Of a stretch of 64,000 nucleotides of DNA, positions 1-13,924 are shown one piece after another. Position 1 is the first letter of the stretch, and every line of letters begins with the position of its first letter. The notes below the pieces were generated by a model. It saw only the letters and a program-made list of their open reading frames with translations, was not told the DNA's origin and made no database searches. The stretch comes from Antedon mediterranea (taxonomy: Eukaryota; Animalia; Echinodermata). The translations under genes and the position numbers were made by a program. The stretch lies in contig NC_092680.1 of NCBI RefSeq assembly GCF_964355755.1, positions 20,097,045 through 20,161,044 of the forward strand, in the 5' to 3' direction.

Positions 1-1
1 C

Positions 2-3000
2 ACTTACGACTCTAGACAAGGAACAAATCAAGCAAAATGGCGAAAAGAAGACATTTATTATGAACAGGAGACAATAGATAATGAGTTTCGTTTGACTTTT
101 TATTGTTGTGTTTTTAAAAATGCAATGTAGACTAACTGTAACTTGTAAAGAACAATACACATGTCAACTAAACCCAGATCAACAGAAACTTGTTTGGATT
201 TATTTTCAGACATTTTAGTTTAATAGTCTATCCGTCAAATTTACATATTTGCTAATAGTCTTCTTTTTCTTTAAAAGTTCAATTAATTGAAGTTCATAAT
301 CAGTATGCAACATATTTCCTATTTCTAATGAGTCAAGCTGTTTGTTTCATTGACAAAATAATGTTGTTATTTTGTCCATGCTTTATTCTAAACGTAGTCA
401 ATTATAATGTTATGGTGGTGAATGTAAATTTGACGAGAAGAGAAGATTATGTACTTTTCCATGTAATGTATACTTTTCAACAATACACATACATAATCTA
501 GGCCTTGTGCGAATGTACAGAGTAACCCAGCGAAGTGAGTTTCACTATCGTTCGTCGTTTATTCACATAAACAGTTTCAATTTATATACAAATTTATATA
601 TACTTATTTCTATATAGAATTTATGACGATGTTCCTTCTGAAGAAATCGAGGAAAATTACGAAAATTTTGAGACAAATTCTGGTAAGAATGAGATTTTAA
701 AAAGCAATTCACCACCACATCAATATTATAATAATATTGATAACCAGACTATCGGTAAATAGGATTAATTAGTTTTATCTTAATGTTCATAAAATATAAT
801 CACTCAGTCAACACTGATCCATTATATATTTTGTTTATTCTACTAAAGGTGTCTCTCGGCGACAATCTCCGGGAAGGTATATAAAGGTAAGTAAGGATCA
901 TTTATTCATGTCTTAGTAACATATATAAGTAATTATAAATAATGTGCTTAAATAGATCAAAAGGTTTCCATCAGAGACACGACCGTAATTATCTTTTATC
1001 GGTACTGTAGGCCTATCTATACATTTCTCGAGTATTATAGGAATACTCAAGGAAGCAGCCTTAGATGTGTTTTACATGTATCATCTTATCATAGACTATG
1101 CAGTAACCTAACCTTACATGATACAGGGTCCCAAATGATCACCAATTGCTGGATAGATCACCTTATTAAATATGGTTCAAATTAAAAGTAAAATAAATAA
1201 ATACAGAGACAACAAAAGAGATGCATATATTACCAATATAATAGGTAATCATTGAGTATAGTGAATAGACAAATAAGCAAATCATATACAACAATTAAAA
1301 AAAAAGAGTAAACGTTTCTTTTTAATGTTTTCAGGAATGTAGAGATTTTTATGAACGAGTGAAATGGACATATGAGTATATAAAGGAAACAAGAGAAAAG
1401 TACGAAAAAGATCAAGTACTGAGAGACGTACTTTTTCCCGGAGAACTAAAAATGTTCAATCATTTGGATGAAATTGAAGTTGCTCTATTCAGGTATAGTA
1501 AATACACATGTAGGAAAGACATTAACTTCATTTATTTTGACACGCGCCGCCACGCAACGCAATACATTGTACAACCAGCCGATTTTCAATACTGTACGAC
1601 ACACGACTAGAAGCGTAATAACCAAACCCTAAATAATATTCAACCTCACTCCTAAATATTACTTGGATTTCATTCACTTTTATCGCAAAAAACAAGCAAA
1701 ACATTAATAAAATCAAAGTCAACATAATAAAATGGAATAGGAAGTTAAAGAAAAGATTCGCTTTACATCTAAAACAAATATAAAAGGCAAGAAAAGACCA
1801 AACAAGTGCTAAATACCTATGCTAGTTAGTCAACCCAGAACAGAGCACAGAAATAAAAAACAAGACCAACAGCCATAAGACGCGTGCTAAAACGCATAGT
1901 GATACCGGACCGACAGACAGACCGACAGACCGACCGACATAGTGAACTATAGAGTCGCGCCAACGCGACTAAAAAATGCATTCTACAATTAAAGCATCTA
2001 CTACACATTTACACATATTTTCAACATCAAAATTATTTTAAAATTAAGTCCTGTGAGTACTAAGTACATCCGGGGACTGTGGTACTACAGTAATATATAT
2101 AGAACTGTGTAGTATGGGGTACCGTGGGGTAGTGTTGATTTAGTATGGATCAGTTACAGTTCAGGCAATCCAACAACACAATGCTCCGGAGATAAAAGTG
2201 TCTATCTGTTGCTGCGCGCGACACGTACAATGCCACGCCTCTTGACAGACACTGCGCGCCGAGGAGAATATGTACATAGTACGGTACTGCTGGAATTTGT
2301 CGCAGCCAGACATAAAATCAAAGAACTGTTACGAATTCCTATCTTGGCAAGGCAAGCTCAGTGTACTGTACGATAATAACTGTGCCTTCGCCTGTGATTA
2401 GTTAAAATCAAATATTCTAATTTAGATATGTAGATGTGAACTAAGCTGTTTTCATGTTATCGTATAAATCATATAACTCTAAAAACTTAATTCTACACTT
2501 TAGCTTTAAAGAACATTTGGCAGTGGCAGTCGATGATATTTTCAAAGTATTTCACTTGTTGAAAGATTGGCTAGAGAAAGGCCACTTCCACTGCTTTGAA
2601 TCTTACTATCTGAACCTCGATATACAACAGAATTTGGTTTCATTCGTCAAGTAAGATATTAATTTGGTTACTTTACACTGTGTATATACCATATTTATTT
2701 AGCACTCTTTTCAGGACTGACATGTAATAATCCAACTTTCGACGATAACTCTATACTGTAATTTTTTTATTGAATCATTTTAATATTTAAAAAAATTTTA
2801 CATTGGCATTTTTCAATCTGTGTTTTTACAGTACTTTTTCCTGTTTTTTTTAACATTGGCCTATCCAACAGTATTTTAACATTGGCCAATATCGTTTTTC
2901 ACACATGTATACAATATAGCCTTTGTAGCATAGTTTATAATCTAACCGTTACCTACCTTATATAATACACGCACCACATAAGCTTAAATGATACATTAAA

Positions 3001-6000
3001 TGTAAGTTACTTTAAAGGTGTAGAATACAACTAAGAATAGGCCTATAAACTGTTTTATTGCTTAAAACGTTTTAATTTTTCTTAAGGGAAACCCGTCCAG
3101 CCTTCCATCAGGTATTACAACGTAGGAATACCCGATTGAAAGAATTTTCATTTAACGATCTTGAATCACGATTTGAAGATCCCAAGACATGGTTTGGTAC
3201 ATTAGCATTGCATCTACAGGTGTGTGACGTAATCTCATTGATCATTTAAGGCTGCTTCCACTATGCAAATGTATTTTTACTGGAATTAATTCTTCGCGGC
3301 CTTTGATTGGCTGTGCATTGTTTCTCTTTACAAAAGTGGATGGATACGCATGCGTATAAACAATGCTTTTTTCAAATGAAATGTATAGTAAAAACAATGT
3401 TATTACTGTAAAAAAGTGTTTTGCAATTGTGGCCTAATATATAGTGTATCAGCTATAGTAGGCCTACATGGCCTTGGCCACAAAATAACGATTTTTTTTC
3501 TTATATATATAAAGAAATTAAAGCAAGCACAGGCACGTTCTTGTGGTAACGAGGCAAGCCGAATAGAGTATGAAGCACGCAAATTATTACAGATAACACA
3601 AGAAAGATTGTTAGAAGAATATGAAAAGAAAAAGAAGAGTCACGTTTACCATTCCTCAACAATTGTTGGACGGATACAATTAAAAAAGAACGATCATGGA
3701 CTCATTGGTCAAGAAGTAAAGTAGCATATCTAATATTTATTAAAACACGAATACATTTAAATTGAAATACTTGTAGTATATAATACCATACTCTTTAGTC
3801 ACATGAAATGTAACGCTGAAGCTTAATGTCTGCGATTAGGACGCACGTGAGCGTACGCGAATCTATTGACCAATCACGACGCGATGGATTAACCGAGCAG
3901 TCGCTTGCGATTGGTTAACTCACTTGCGTTGCTTCTACGTCATTACGTTACGTCAAAGTAGGAACAAAGCTTACTGCATATAGGGGGATTGTACGTATAT
4001 TAAAAAAGCGGGACATATAAATATTGTTGTCAATAATTTGTCAATAGTTTTTAATTTATTCATTAGATCATAACTAACATTACTCTCACCTTCTACGTTT
4101 TTGACAGGCTGCAATAATAGTGGCTGAAGATTACACTACAATACAGGGCATTGTATTAAACGTACGTATGTCGAAGAAATCGCAATACGGCAGAAGTGCT
4201 TATTCTGGAAACAAAGTTTACTTGGTGGTATTTGAAAAAGTCGTTCTTCTGACAACAATGGAAGAAAACAAGAAAGGGTGAATAAACATGTTATTGAAAT
4301 CTAATATAATTCTTTTTTGGCTAATTGAACTACTTTAAAGTTTGCTTTTTTCATAAGAAACCGTTATATGTTTCTGTTGATTGCCAACGATAATTTTAAT
4401 ATGGAACAATTTAAACTGGTAATTTAAAAATTGTCCACCTTCTACAAAATCATATTTCAGGATTTTCTCTATCAATAAAAACTATATTGTCTCCATTGAT
4501 TAAACTGTAAACTATTTATTTCGTCTCTTTATTCGGAGTTACTGTACCTCTTTACTTTTTGTTTTTTCTTTACAAATGGAATTACAGACAACGCACATAC
4601 CAGTTATTGGAATGCTGTAACAGAAACTACGTCGATTTTGAGAGACTGCCACTTAAAGCGTCTCCACATCAACATACGTTTATCCTGTACTTCTACAAGC
4701 TCATTGATTCGTCAGCCACCATCTATACAACTACACAATACGTGTTGGCTCCAATTGGCAACGAAGTCACTAATGTGTGAGTAGGCCTACTTTTATCATT
4801 TCTTTAATATACACATTTTGATTTATGTCTCTGTCATAAATAAGATATATCCATTAATAAAGATATGTTTAGAAATAAAAAAATAAGTTGACCACATGAT
4901 TTGAACACTTGGTTGGGACATTTTCTGTGTTATTGGTTATTGATATAATGATAATAGTACATTTCTCACAATCATGGCGATGAGCACACATCATAAACTG
5001 TTGACGGAACATGACGTATTTTGGGAGCCTTTAGTACACATCATTTGTACAAAACATAATGATTTTGTGTTAATGTTTTAGTTCTCTGATGACTGACTGG
5101 GAAAAAGCAATAAGAGTTTCAGAACGTGGTACATTTGAAGCATGGAGTAAGTATATGACATTAAAAACACATTATGTAAAAACAATTAATTTAAAACACT
5201 TACAGCTAAGCTATAACATTGTGAGTTCAAATATAATACATATGAAACGCCATGTGTGCCAAAATAGTTATCGTTTTACTAATTTCGGGCTAGAACCTAG
5301 AATACATAGGCCTACACACACTACATGTATACAAAACATACAATTACAAATTCCTTATTTTGCTTAACATAGTATACTATCTATCTTTATTCATACAGAC
5401 AGGCCGAAATACCTGATACGTAAATGTTACACTGATCAAGAAACAGGAGTAACGTTTTATGATGGAGATGAAGTTGAGGTGATTGAAGAAACTGATGACA
5501 AAGGTAAGTGACAAATAATGATGACGTTGAAAGATAATGAAGATTAAAAATAATGTTGATAAAGATTATTGCAATGACGATTGCAATAATAGCATCACAT
5601 GACGTTATGTCATCCGTTACTAATTGCTTAAACATTTTCTGTTTCTCTGAAGCTTTTACCAGTTCAAAGTTCATGTTGTCATCTCTTCCTTCATCTTTTT
5701 GCATCCTTGGTTGCTATTTTGTGACTATTTTATTCCATCTATTTTCAGTTAGTATTGTGTGTCCTATCCATCTCCATTTAATTTTGTTCTAAAATGTCTT
5801 TAACTTGGGTTATGTTTCTTATTATTGTATATTGAGTGTTGTCGTTTAGTTTAGTTCTTCCTTCCATTGGTCATTGAGGTCTTTTCACATCGACAACAAC
5901 GTATTTAGTATTGTACACATTTACTATTTCTAGATACAGGCATGTGTCACGTGGAGAGATTACGTGACAAATGTGACGGTTGGATACCCAGAAAAATAGG

Positions 6001-6133
6001 AAGACAGGTAGAAAACGAATTCAAGACAGCAGCAGCTTTAAGGTTGAAACAAAGAACAAAGAGAGAAAGAGAACGTGATCCGGACTCAAAGAAGAAAAGA
6101 GGGCTGGAACGAAGGAAGTCGAATGTATTTTAG
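2..6133 (+). CDS. Divergent ephexin-family (NGEF/ARHGEF16/ARHGEF26-like) DH-PH-SH3 protein, 5'-partial
   Basis: Phase-consistent exons ~2-84, 618-682, 849-886, 1335-1492, 2504-2650, 3087-3219, 3515-3715, 4108-4277, 4588-4776, 5082-5146, 5399-5503, 5940-6133. DH-like helices (MFNHLDEIE, FESYYLNLDIQQ, RPAFHQVLQ), PH strand KVYLVVFEKVVLLTT, linker FEAWNRP, SH3 end GMCHVERLRDKCDGWIP resembling the ephexin ERLRD..GWFP signature. Confidence 0.7.
1859..1976 (+). mobile_element. Helentron-associated (HINE/DINE-like) short element
   Basis: Starts AACAAG, internal (GACC/GACA)n, ends in the hairpin AGTCGCGccaaCGCGACT plus an A-run. Related copies at ~21555-21663 (-), ~44576-44652 and ~55910-56085. Confidence 0.5.
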
Positions 6134-8592
6134 CCGAACAAGCCAGACATACATTAATCAATCAATCCTCTTGTGTACCGTATTCAAGTATATTAAAGAT
6201 TAAAAATTGCTATCATATAACATATGGTGTATATTTATATAGTAAAGAGGTAAACTAAAATCAGTAATTTTACATGGAAAATATTATTTGATAACACAAT
6301 TTTGTTCCTCATTGGTGTGATTTCAGAAGACGAGATTTATACAAATTTCTACAATAGAGGGTGACACTTTAGTTATGAAACAGTAATGTTAATAATGAGC
6401 CTGATAAGCAAGAGGGAATAATCATGCTAACCTTATACTATTTCTGTACCACTACCGCGCGCAGCTAGTTCTCAGTTTGTTTGCGCGTACCGTCTGCATG
6501 TTCATTCATGCGTATTAGGCCTAAGCCTATATCAAATCTAGATTTTGTAATTCTAACAAAAAAGAGCAAAAACAAGATACAACAGTTCACTATACACTAT
6601 TTTATATTACCTGAGGCTCTCACAAAAACACAATTGTAAATATTTATTTTACAAAATAATATACCGGTAATAATATAATACAAAATAGACTATAGAATAA
6701 ATGATATTATATTATACAGTGTTTAGTTCTGTACTGTCATACTCATCATTGATTTCTAACATGTGACTACAATACAATTTTTATATTCTTTTCTCACATT
6801 CTCGTTAGGCAGCACATAAACCGACCAAACACGCGGTCTTCTGATTGTTGTTTAAGTTATGAGCTAGCCTACTTCCGGTAATAATATAGTATATTCATAC
6901 TTGTTCAACTGTAGATCACGGTAGTATATATTTATAATGCTAACTTTGATCGATGATTCCTTGTGCAATACCTAATGTTTTCACTTTTTTTTAGTTTGTG
7001 TTTGTCTTTATCATCTGTATATTAGTTTGTATAGTTTTTTGAGCATCAAGAAAAAGAATTTTACTATTGTATTTCCAAAAGTGACAATAAATATATCTTG
7101 TCTGTATCTCGTGTCTCTGTGTAGATTTTTAAATTTCTTTTATCCAATTGTTAAAAGATTAGAGGATTAAACCAGGTCCCCATTGCAGGCCTATACTACT
7201 AGTAACATGAACCAATACATTATTTATAGGTCCATGCTAGTACTATCCTTCTCAAAATAAAGTGTTTAATCAAAGACGCCCTCTTGACAGTGTTAGGCTG
7301 CCCTCAATAATACAATATCGTAACAAAAGATATCTACAATACTCTAAAAGGTAAACACATTATTCTTTGACACAGAAGAATGGTCTAATAAAACACTTGC
7401 TAGAACTAGGTCAAATGATTCCTTACAATACTAATCTGGTCTTCAAGAGATTGAAACTGTACTATTTAATGTTGGTAGATCGATTAACAAACACCCGAAA
7501 GCACAACAATATGATATGAGGTGAGATGTACCAAAATCTCTACAATTTCAACATTACTATATAGGCCTATATATTATAAAAACAATTTTAAAGCATTACC
7601 AGACAACAACAAATACTGATTGCGCAAAGGAGTGACAAAAGAGGTCAATATGTTCAAATTCAAAACAATACAAAAAAATTAATAATTCAAATAAAACAGG
7701 ATGTTTGTACAGTTAGTTCACTACAATTCAAGATCAAATTGTATATACCATTATAACGTTACTTATCTTAACTATGCTTAGCAACTAATAGTGCATCGAA
7801 ATAGAAATAGTAGGTGTAATATAATCTTCACTGAACTAGATAAATTTATAAGGAAATAAAATATCGGTAAACATTTCTATATACTTTGATATTTCCTTTT
7901 ATTGGTCGTTGGCTTTCTTTCTTTGAAAATCATTAAAGTGCATGTATATTGGAATGAAGCCATGCGTAACTAATGTCTGAAAACAAAACAATACATTTAG
8001 TATTTATAAAATCGTTTCCTTTTCCTGATACAGTTGAACTTTTAAGCAGTCTTTTATGTTGAAGCTTTAATGCATATTCACGGTATGACAGCTCTTTAGA
8101 AAACAAACACTAAATGAAGTATTTTTCCTATCGTTTCCTTATCCAAAAAATAGAATAATTTTGTATGATGTATATTTTACGATTATGCTTACACATGTTG
8201 CAAATAATATGGAAATGTTTGTATGGTGTAGGAATAAATTAATTTTAAATCATTTCAGTAACCGGTAGCCTATAAAACAAATACATTATAATGAGTGAAG
8301 TAAAACAAACAAATAAACAAACATAACAATTTAACAACATCAAAACAGCTGCTAATTTATAGTAGCATACTACCATAATATTTTGTGAAACAGTGTGCCT
8401 AAATTAGATACAGTAAGTCTTATTTAAATTCTTATTTGAAGTACTCGACATTTAATACTTTAGGTTATTTTGGTCTGTATTAGAGATAATGATCAATGAT
8501 TATTAGGAGTGCAATATAATAATATAACATAATATCGTTTATAATAATATAGTATGTATAAATATATACAAAACAATATATTTACTTCTTCA

Positions 8593-11500
8593 TCATTGCT
8601 CATCAGATTTATTCTGCCGATTACGTTTCTTTGACATATCTGGCTTGGAATATATGTCTTCCATTTTAGATGTATCGCTCTGTTCAATGGGTTTTATCAA
8701 TGATGAATCAGCTTGAACATCATCAGTAGTTTCAGTTGGACTATTCTCATAAGTCGACAGTAACGTGTTGTTTTCAATATCAATCTTCTCGTATTCATTA
8801 TTCTTAATTACATTTAGTTCTGGTTCATCTACTGGGTCTATCTTCACGTCGTTAGAAGGAGCAACGTCAGAGGCTTTGTGGGATAACACATCATCCAGAT
8901 CAACCACTTCATAGTCAGGATTTCTTCTCAACTCGTTGACATCATCAGTATTAGAATTAGTAACAAGTTCCTGTCCATCATTACCTTCTGAAGCCAGGTT
9001 TGACATGATGACGTCAGTGGGTGAACTCAGTGGTGCAATTGTATCATTCTTAGATGTATTATCAGAATTTTTAATTTGACTTTTACTTTTTTTCGACATA
9101 TCTGGCTTTGCATATAATTCTTCTACATGCTGAACTTTTTCACTATCGTCGACATCTGGAGGTGAACTTTTTTTCGACATATCTGGCTTTGCATATAATT
9201 CTTCTACATTCTGAACTTTTTTACTATCGTCGATATTTGGAGGTGAACTGCCAGTACACATTTTATCATCTTTGTCTGTGCCAGGACTTTCTTCAACAAA
9301 ATCAATTTTGTTTGTCATACTAGTGTTAGTTTTAGTGACATAATTAATCCCTGATTCACCAGAACCTATTGGTTTACCGAAAGTCGTAAAATTCGAAGAA
9401 ATATCGCACGGTTGATCAACCACAGCATAATCAGATTCAACCGTATAACTACCGTATACCGGATTTTCTACTTCCCCTTCATTGCAATCATCTGACGTAG
9501 GCCCAGAAAGCAATCTGATCTTGTCTCCTGGGCCTACGCCTTCATAAGTTGGGTTTGCTTCAGACAGGCTGCTTGATACACGTGAAGAATTATTTTCACT
9601 TTCATGTTTAGTGTTAATGCTTTTCTGTTCGGGGATGTCATTATCTTTGATACTGCCTTTGTTAGAGTCAGTGTCAGATCCGTTAGGCGAAGAACCTTTC
9701 CATAATTTGGAAGTCATAGATGTGCTCATTTCATAATCTGGGTTTGCTTTAGTTTCTTTTCTGCAAATCAATCGACCATGACACCTAAAAAATAAACACA
9801 CCACCATATCATAATTGTGATTTAATTAGTTCGTAAGCATGACATTTATTGACATTATTTCAAACTTTTTAGGCCCTTACTTATTTTAGGTCTGTGCATT
9901 TATTTATCTCGTAAACCCCCGCATTTTGGATTAGTAAGTGACTATAGTGCCCCCGAGTACTCCGTTGTACAATTTTAACTGTAAAATTATGTAGGTACAT
10001 CCGGGTAAAACAATGGTTGTAAAAGAAAGTACAATAGAAAAGGTGACGAACCTGTACAATATGAGTATCAAGATGACAATGATAAGAAAAGCTGAGACAG
10101 AAGGAAGAACAATCTCTATCAAATCTGAAAAAAATATATATATATATAATTTTATGTTACAGAGACTCAACCACAATAAAACAACCATTTCCGATATTCA
10201 ATGTCAGTCAATCAATTCATATTTATCATCAATATCATCATCATAGGTTATGTCATCCACTGCTATTTTTTAATCATATATTAATTCGATGAAATATCGA
10301 TGATTAATGGATCAGTAAAACTTTGTTTTGGTGTTATGAATCCTGTATTACTAAATTAAATGATATACTGAAAAGCACATTATTCAATACTAAGTATATA
10401 TAAGATTATAAGTTTTATTCCAATTATTGATCTTTCACAACTTGCAATATGTAAAATTACCTGTAGGCCTACTTTCGCCTGGTTCTTCTTTCTCACTTGT
10501 TGTAATGGTGTTACTTGTTATATCTTTTCTAATGCTAATCTTGGGAACAGTTGTGAGGCCGTTAGTAGTTATATCAGAATGCGTAGATGTATCCACAACA
10601 GTTGACGGCATTTTAGAGGTTGCTGTAGAATGATTTAGAAATATATCAAATAAAGCTACTGCGTTACTACAAAACTATGTTTATTGATTTGTTAGTTTTA
10701 TGTTGAAATATCAAACATATCGAACAACTTACTCAACTTACTTGTCAAATTGATTGTAGTTGACTCGGTAGGTACGTTATTTGTTACAGCATCACTGATG
10801 GTTACATTATGTGTAGAAAGTTGTGGTGTGAGTCCATTAGTCGTACCAGAATTCATAGTAGTCCCTAGACCAGTCGATGATATCTGAGTTACGGTGGCTG
10901 TAGATAAAAAATGAAAAACTTAAATAAACCCCTAAATCATTTAAATTCAACAATTTGGTTTAATGTATTATGTTTGTTAATGTATATACCGTAGGCCTAC
11001 TATAAACAACATCATCATCAACTATTATTTTCTCATTCCACGCTCGTCAAGTCTGTATAGAGTTTTACCGCTTTGATAGAATCACTGATTCTATTCTATT
11101 CTATACAGGTTTTTATATGGCGCCCTACAAAGAACAGAGCGACTAAAAATACTTAGTAATTAATTAAAAAGAAAAGTTTTAAGTTGACGTTTAAATAGAG
11201 ATGATGGTCTCACAAAGTGTGGGTCCAACAGATGTGAGTACCGTAGTCGTGTCAGGATTCAAAATTATCGGCCAAACAGTGGAGTGGTTTGCTAATTTAT
11301 GAAATTGTAAAATTTCGTTACTGATTTGTGGGTCATTTATTATTTAAATGTTATCAAACGCACTATAAAATTGAAAATCGTATTCTATAATATTAAATAA
11401 TAATTCTATAATCATACTTACAAAATGTCGAATAATTTTCATTCACTAAGGCAGTGGGCGTTATAGTATTACTTGTTACATTATCAGCGGTGGTGGTATT

Positions 11501-12434
11501 AATCAAAGATGTCAATTGGTTATAAGTCGTAGCCTCGGGATGCTCAGTTGGATCCACAGTTGTTGAATATGTTTGAGGAGTTGCTATAAAACAAGTCAAT
11601 GACTATCAATCTGCAAGCTTTAATTCCAAATGTACCATCTTGTATTCAAAACGCAATGTTTTAGATTTAAAATGACAACGGAAAGTTTGTGTACTTATTT
11701 CACTTTCTATTCATTAATATATCCCTATTATGAAAATTATTTAGGCCAATATATACTTCTGATAGAGTTTAGAACGCTAAATTGCCTTTGTTATAGAATC
11801 AAAAATATTTTACTTACTTGGTATTACTTTCTCACATATATACCCATACCCATTGCTGTCGTCCCAGTTTCCAAACAACCCATCACATTCGTAGTCATTC
11901 CACATTCTAACAGAGGTAGAAATATAACCAATTGCACATTGGTTGTCTCCTACATTAGGTTCTCCAGATCCCCAGTATAAATACTCAACAGTCTCTCCAG
12001 ATGTCCAGTTCCAGCTGGATGCCATCGTTCTATCTGATCCACTCTCACGTGATAACCCAATTGCATATGCTCCATTTGTACAGTTTTCCTGCAGGATACC
12101 CAATATAGCATTGTTTTCTTCTTCAGTGTTTATACTCACAAGATTATAACCGTCATCACACAATCTTTTAAGTTCATTCCAAGTTTTGAATTCGCTGAAG
12201 TGTGTCACAATTACAAACGTTGCTTTATAGTTTGACGATCCAATAGAAAATTCTGCACAAGCTATCGGTAAGACAAATGCAGTGAGAAGAACAGTTGTCT
12301 TTTATCAGAATTATTATTCACTAATTTGTTTTAAAATAATTAATCTAATTGTGAAAAAATGTGTTAATTTATACTGTACCTTCGCAATTTACTGCGATAG
12401 AGATATGTACTATTATGAAGATCGAAAGAAACAT
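8593..12434 (-). CDS. Unit A: type I C-type lectin receptor (SP-CTLD-mucin stalk-TM) with ~397-aa tyrosine-motif tail
   Basis: Exons 12434-12380 (MFLSIFIIVHISIAVNCE), 12261-11818 (CTLD, EPN and WND), 11583-11422, 10897-10742, 10622-10461 (S/T stalk), 10124-10052 (TM), 9784-8593 (tail). All GT-AG and in phase. Confidence 0.88.
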
Positions 12435-12461
12435 TTTACAACCCAGTCGTATATAACTCGT

Positions 12462-12516
12462 ACAAGGAAATAAGACTCATATATATATAATATTGTATCG
12501 TGATTAAGGTGGCGCT
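12462..12516. promoter_or_regulatory. Conserved bipartite promoter element (GGAAA plus AG(A/G)(G/T)GGCGC), unit A instance
   Basis: The GC-rich motif recurs 50-100 bp upstream of all ten ATGs: 12507, 17437, 20833, 35172, 39790, 40675, 44465, 47818, 51250, 56951 (the last as AGAGGGCAGC). Confidence 0.6.
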
Positions 12517-13744
12517 TTTAAAGCAAACAAGGATGTAGGTATAGGTGTTAAAAATAATCTTTTTATTCAAGTCATGGTTTCTATTTTACAGCATCACGAT
12601 TCAGAAAATAGAGAAGGAACTAATTATAGCCATATTTAAAACTTGTTCAATCATTGTTTTAATAAATGAAATCGTAATAGTAGGGCCTATGGTCTAATTA
12701 TAAGTCTCCATGAACTATAGGCTTCAGGAAAGGGTCGTTTTCTGTAATATTTATTATTAGTCATTCTATTACAATACAATAACATCAATAAGAAAGAATG
12801 TCAATACACTGAAATATAAACTACTGTCTACTGAAACATAATAATTTCGAAATGCAATGCACAACTAAATTGACTACATTTATAAAAGGACAACCGTACA
12901 TCTTTAGATAGTAAAACTATCCCGTATGACGTGTACAGACATGATACATTCCAGCGCTGTTCACAGCAGTTGTATCACAGATATAATGGAAACCAAAATA
13001 ATAACAAAACAGGAAACTCTAACCTCTTGTATAGAATCCCCGCAAAAAAACAAAAGAATTTGTAGACAATAAAATTCATTGAACCACCTTATCCGAGATA
13101 TTACCGCTAGATAACATACAGTTACAACTAGAATCAACATAATAAATACAACAATAAACGTACGATACGAGAACCAGTTATTGAAATATTTAAAGGTGAA
13201 CATATAAAAAAATAAAAATACCAAAAATATATAGATATTTACAGTAGACATTAGAAAAATCATCTATTCACAAATAAATACTGATAATTAAGATTACTAT
13301 TTATAGTTAAAGTATAACAAGGAACATCACATCTTTTATTGTGAGTGATTTCACTGTCATTACATTACTATTCAAGGTTTGTGTATAAAATATTTCAGGT
13401 TAACGTTTGATTACATGTGCTATTTTGTTACTCCTCTGTGTAAAAGTATATCTAACAATCTACTGTTGGCTAATATGTACCCATTCGTATAAAAGGTATA
13501 ACGCATCTTGTTTCGTGCGTTTCTGTTTAAATACAACCACGTTGATATATGTTACAATATTATATATAATGAAAATGCTATCCATGTCAAATATTATAAA
13601 TAACCTCTAATTATTTTGTATAGGTCTAATATAAGTATCCAATAGTCTATGAACGTCAACCACACAGCAGAAGTGGTTTAAATCATTGTCGATGATCTTG
13701 TTAATTTAATGAACTTGTTTATCTTGCTCATGTATGTTCGCGTA

Positions 13745-13895
13745 AAGGCCTTTTTACACAGACGAGCGGTAATGGCAAGTGGAAAACCGCGTAGCTTGTC
13801 CTACGTAGACTCTGTATCTATCCACAGTGGAAACAACCCATCCATTCCGCCTTGTGTGTTGTTACCGTTACCGCTCGTCTGTGTAAATTGGCCTT
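13745..13895. mobile_element. ~150-bp MITE
   Basis: Terminal inverted repeats AAGGCCttTTTACACAGACGAGCGGTAA ... TTACCGCTCGTCTGTGTAAAttGGCCTT, flanked by TA on both sides. Confidence 0.8.
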
Positions 13896-13924
13896 TAGAA
13901 ACATTGACGTCTGCAGCCTTGTGA

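Noticed and set aside
3822-3975. Possible degenerate MITE in the RhoGEF intron
   Set aside because: GC-richer patch bounded by AAGCTT, but the terminal inverted repeats are too decayed to support a call.
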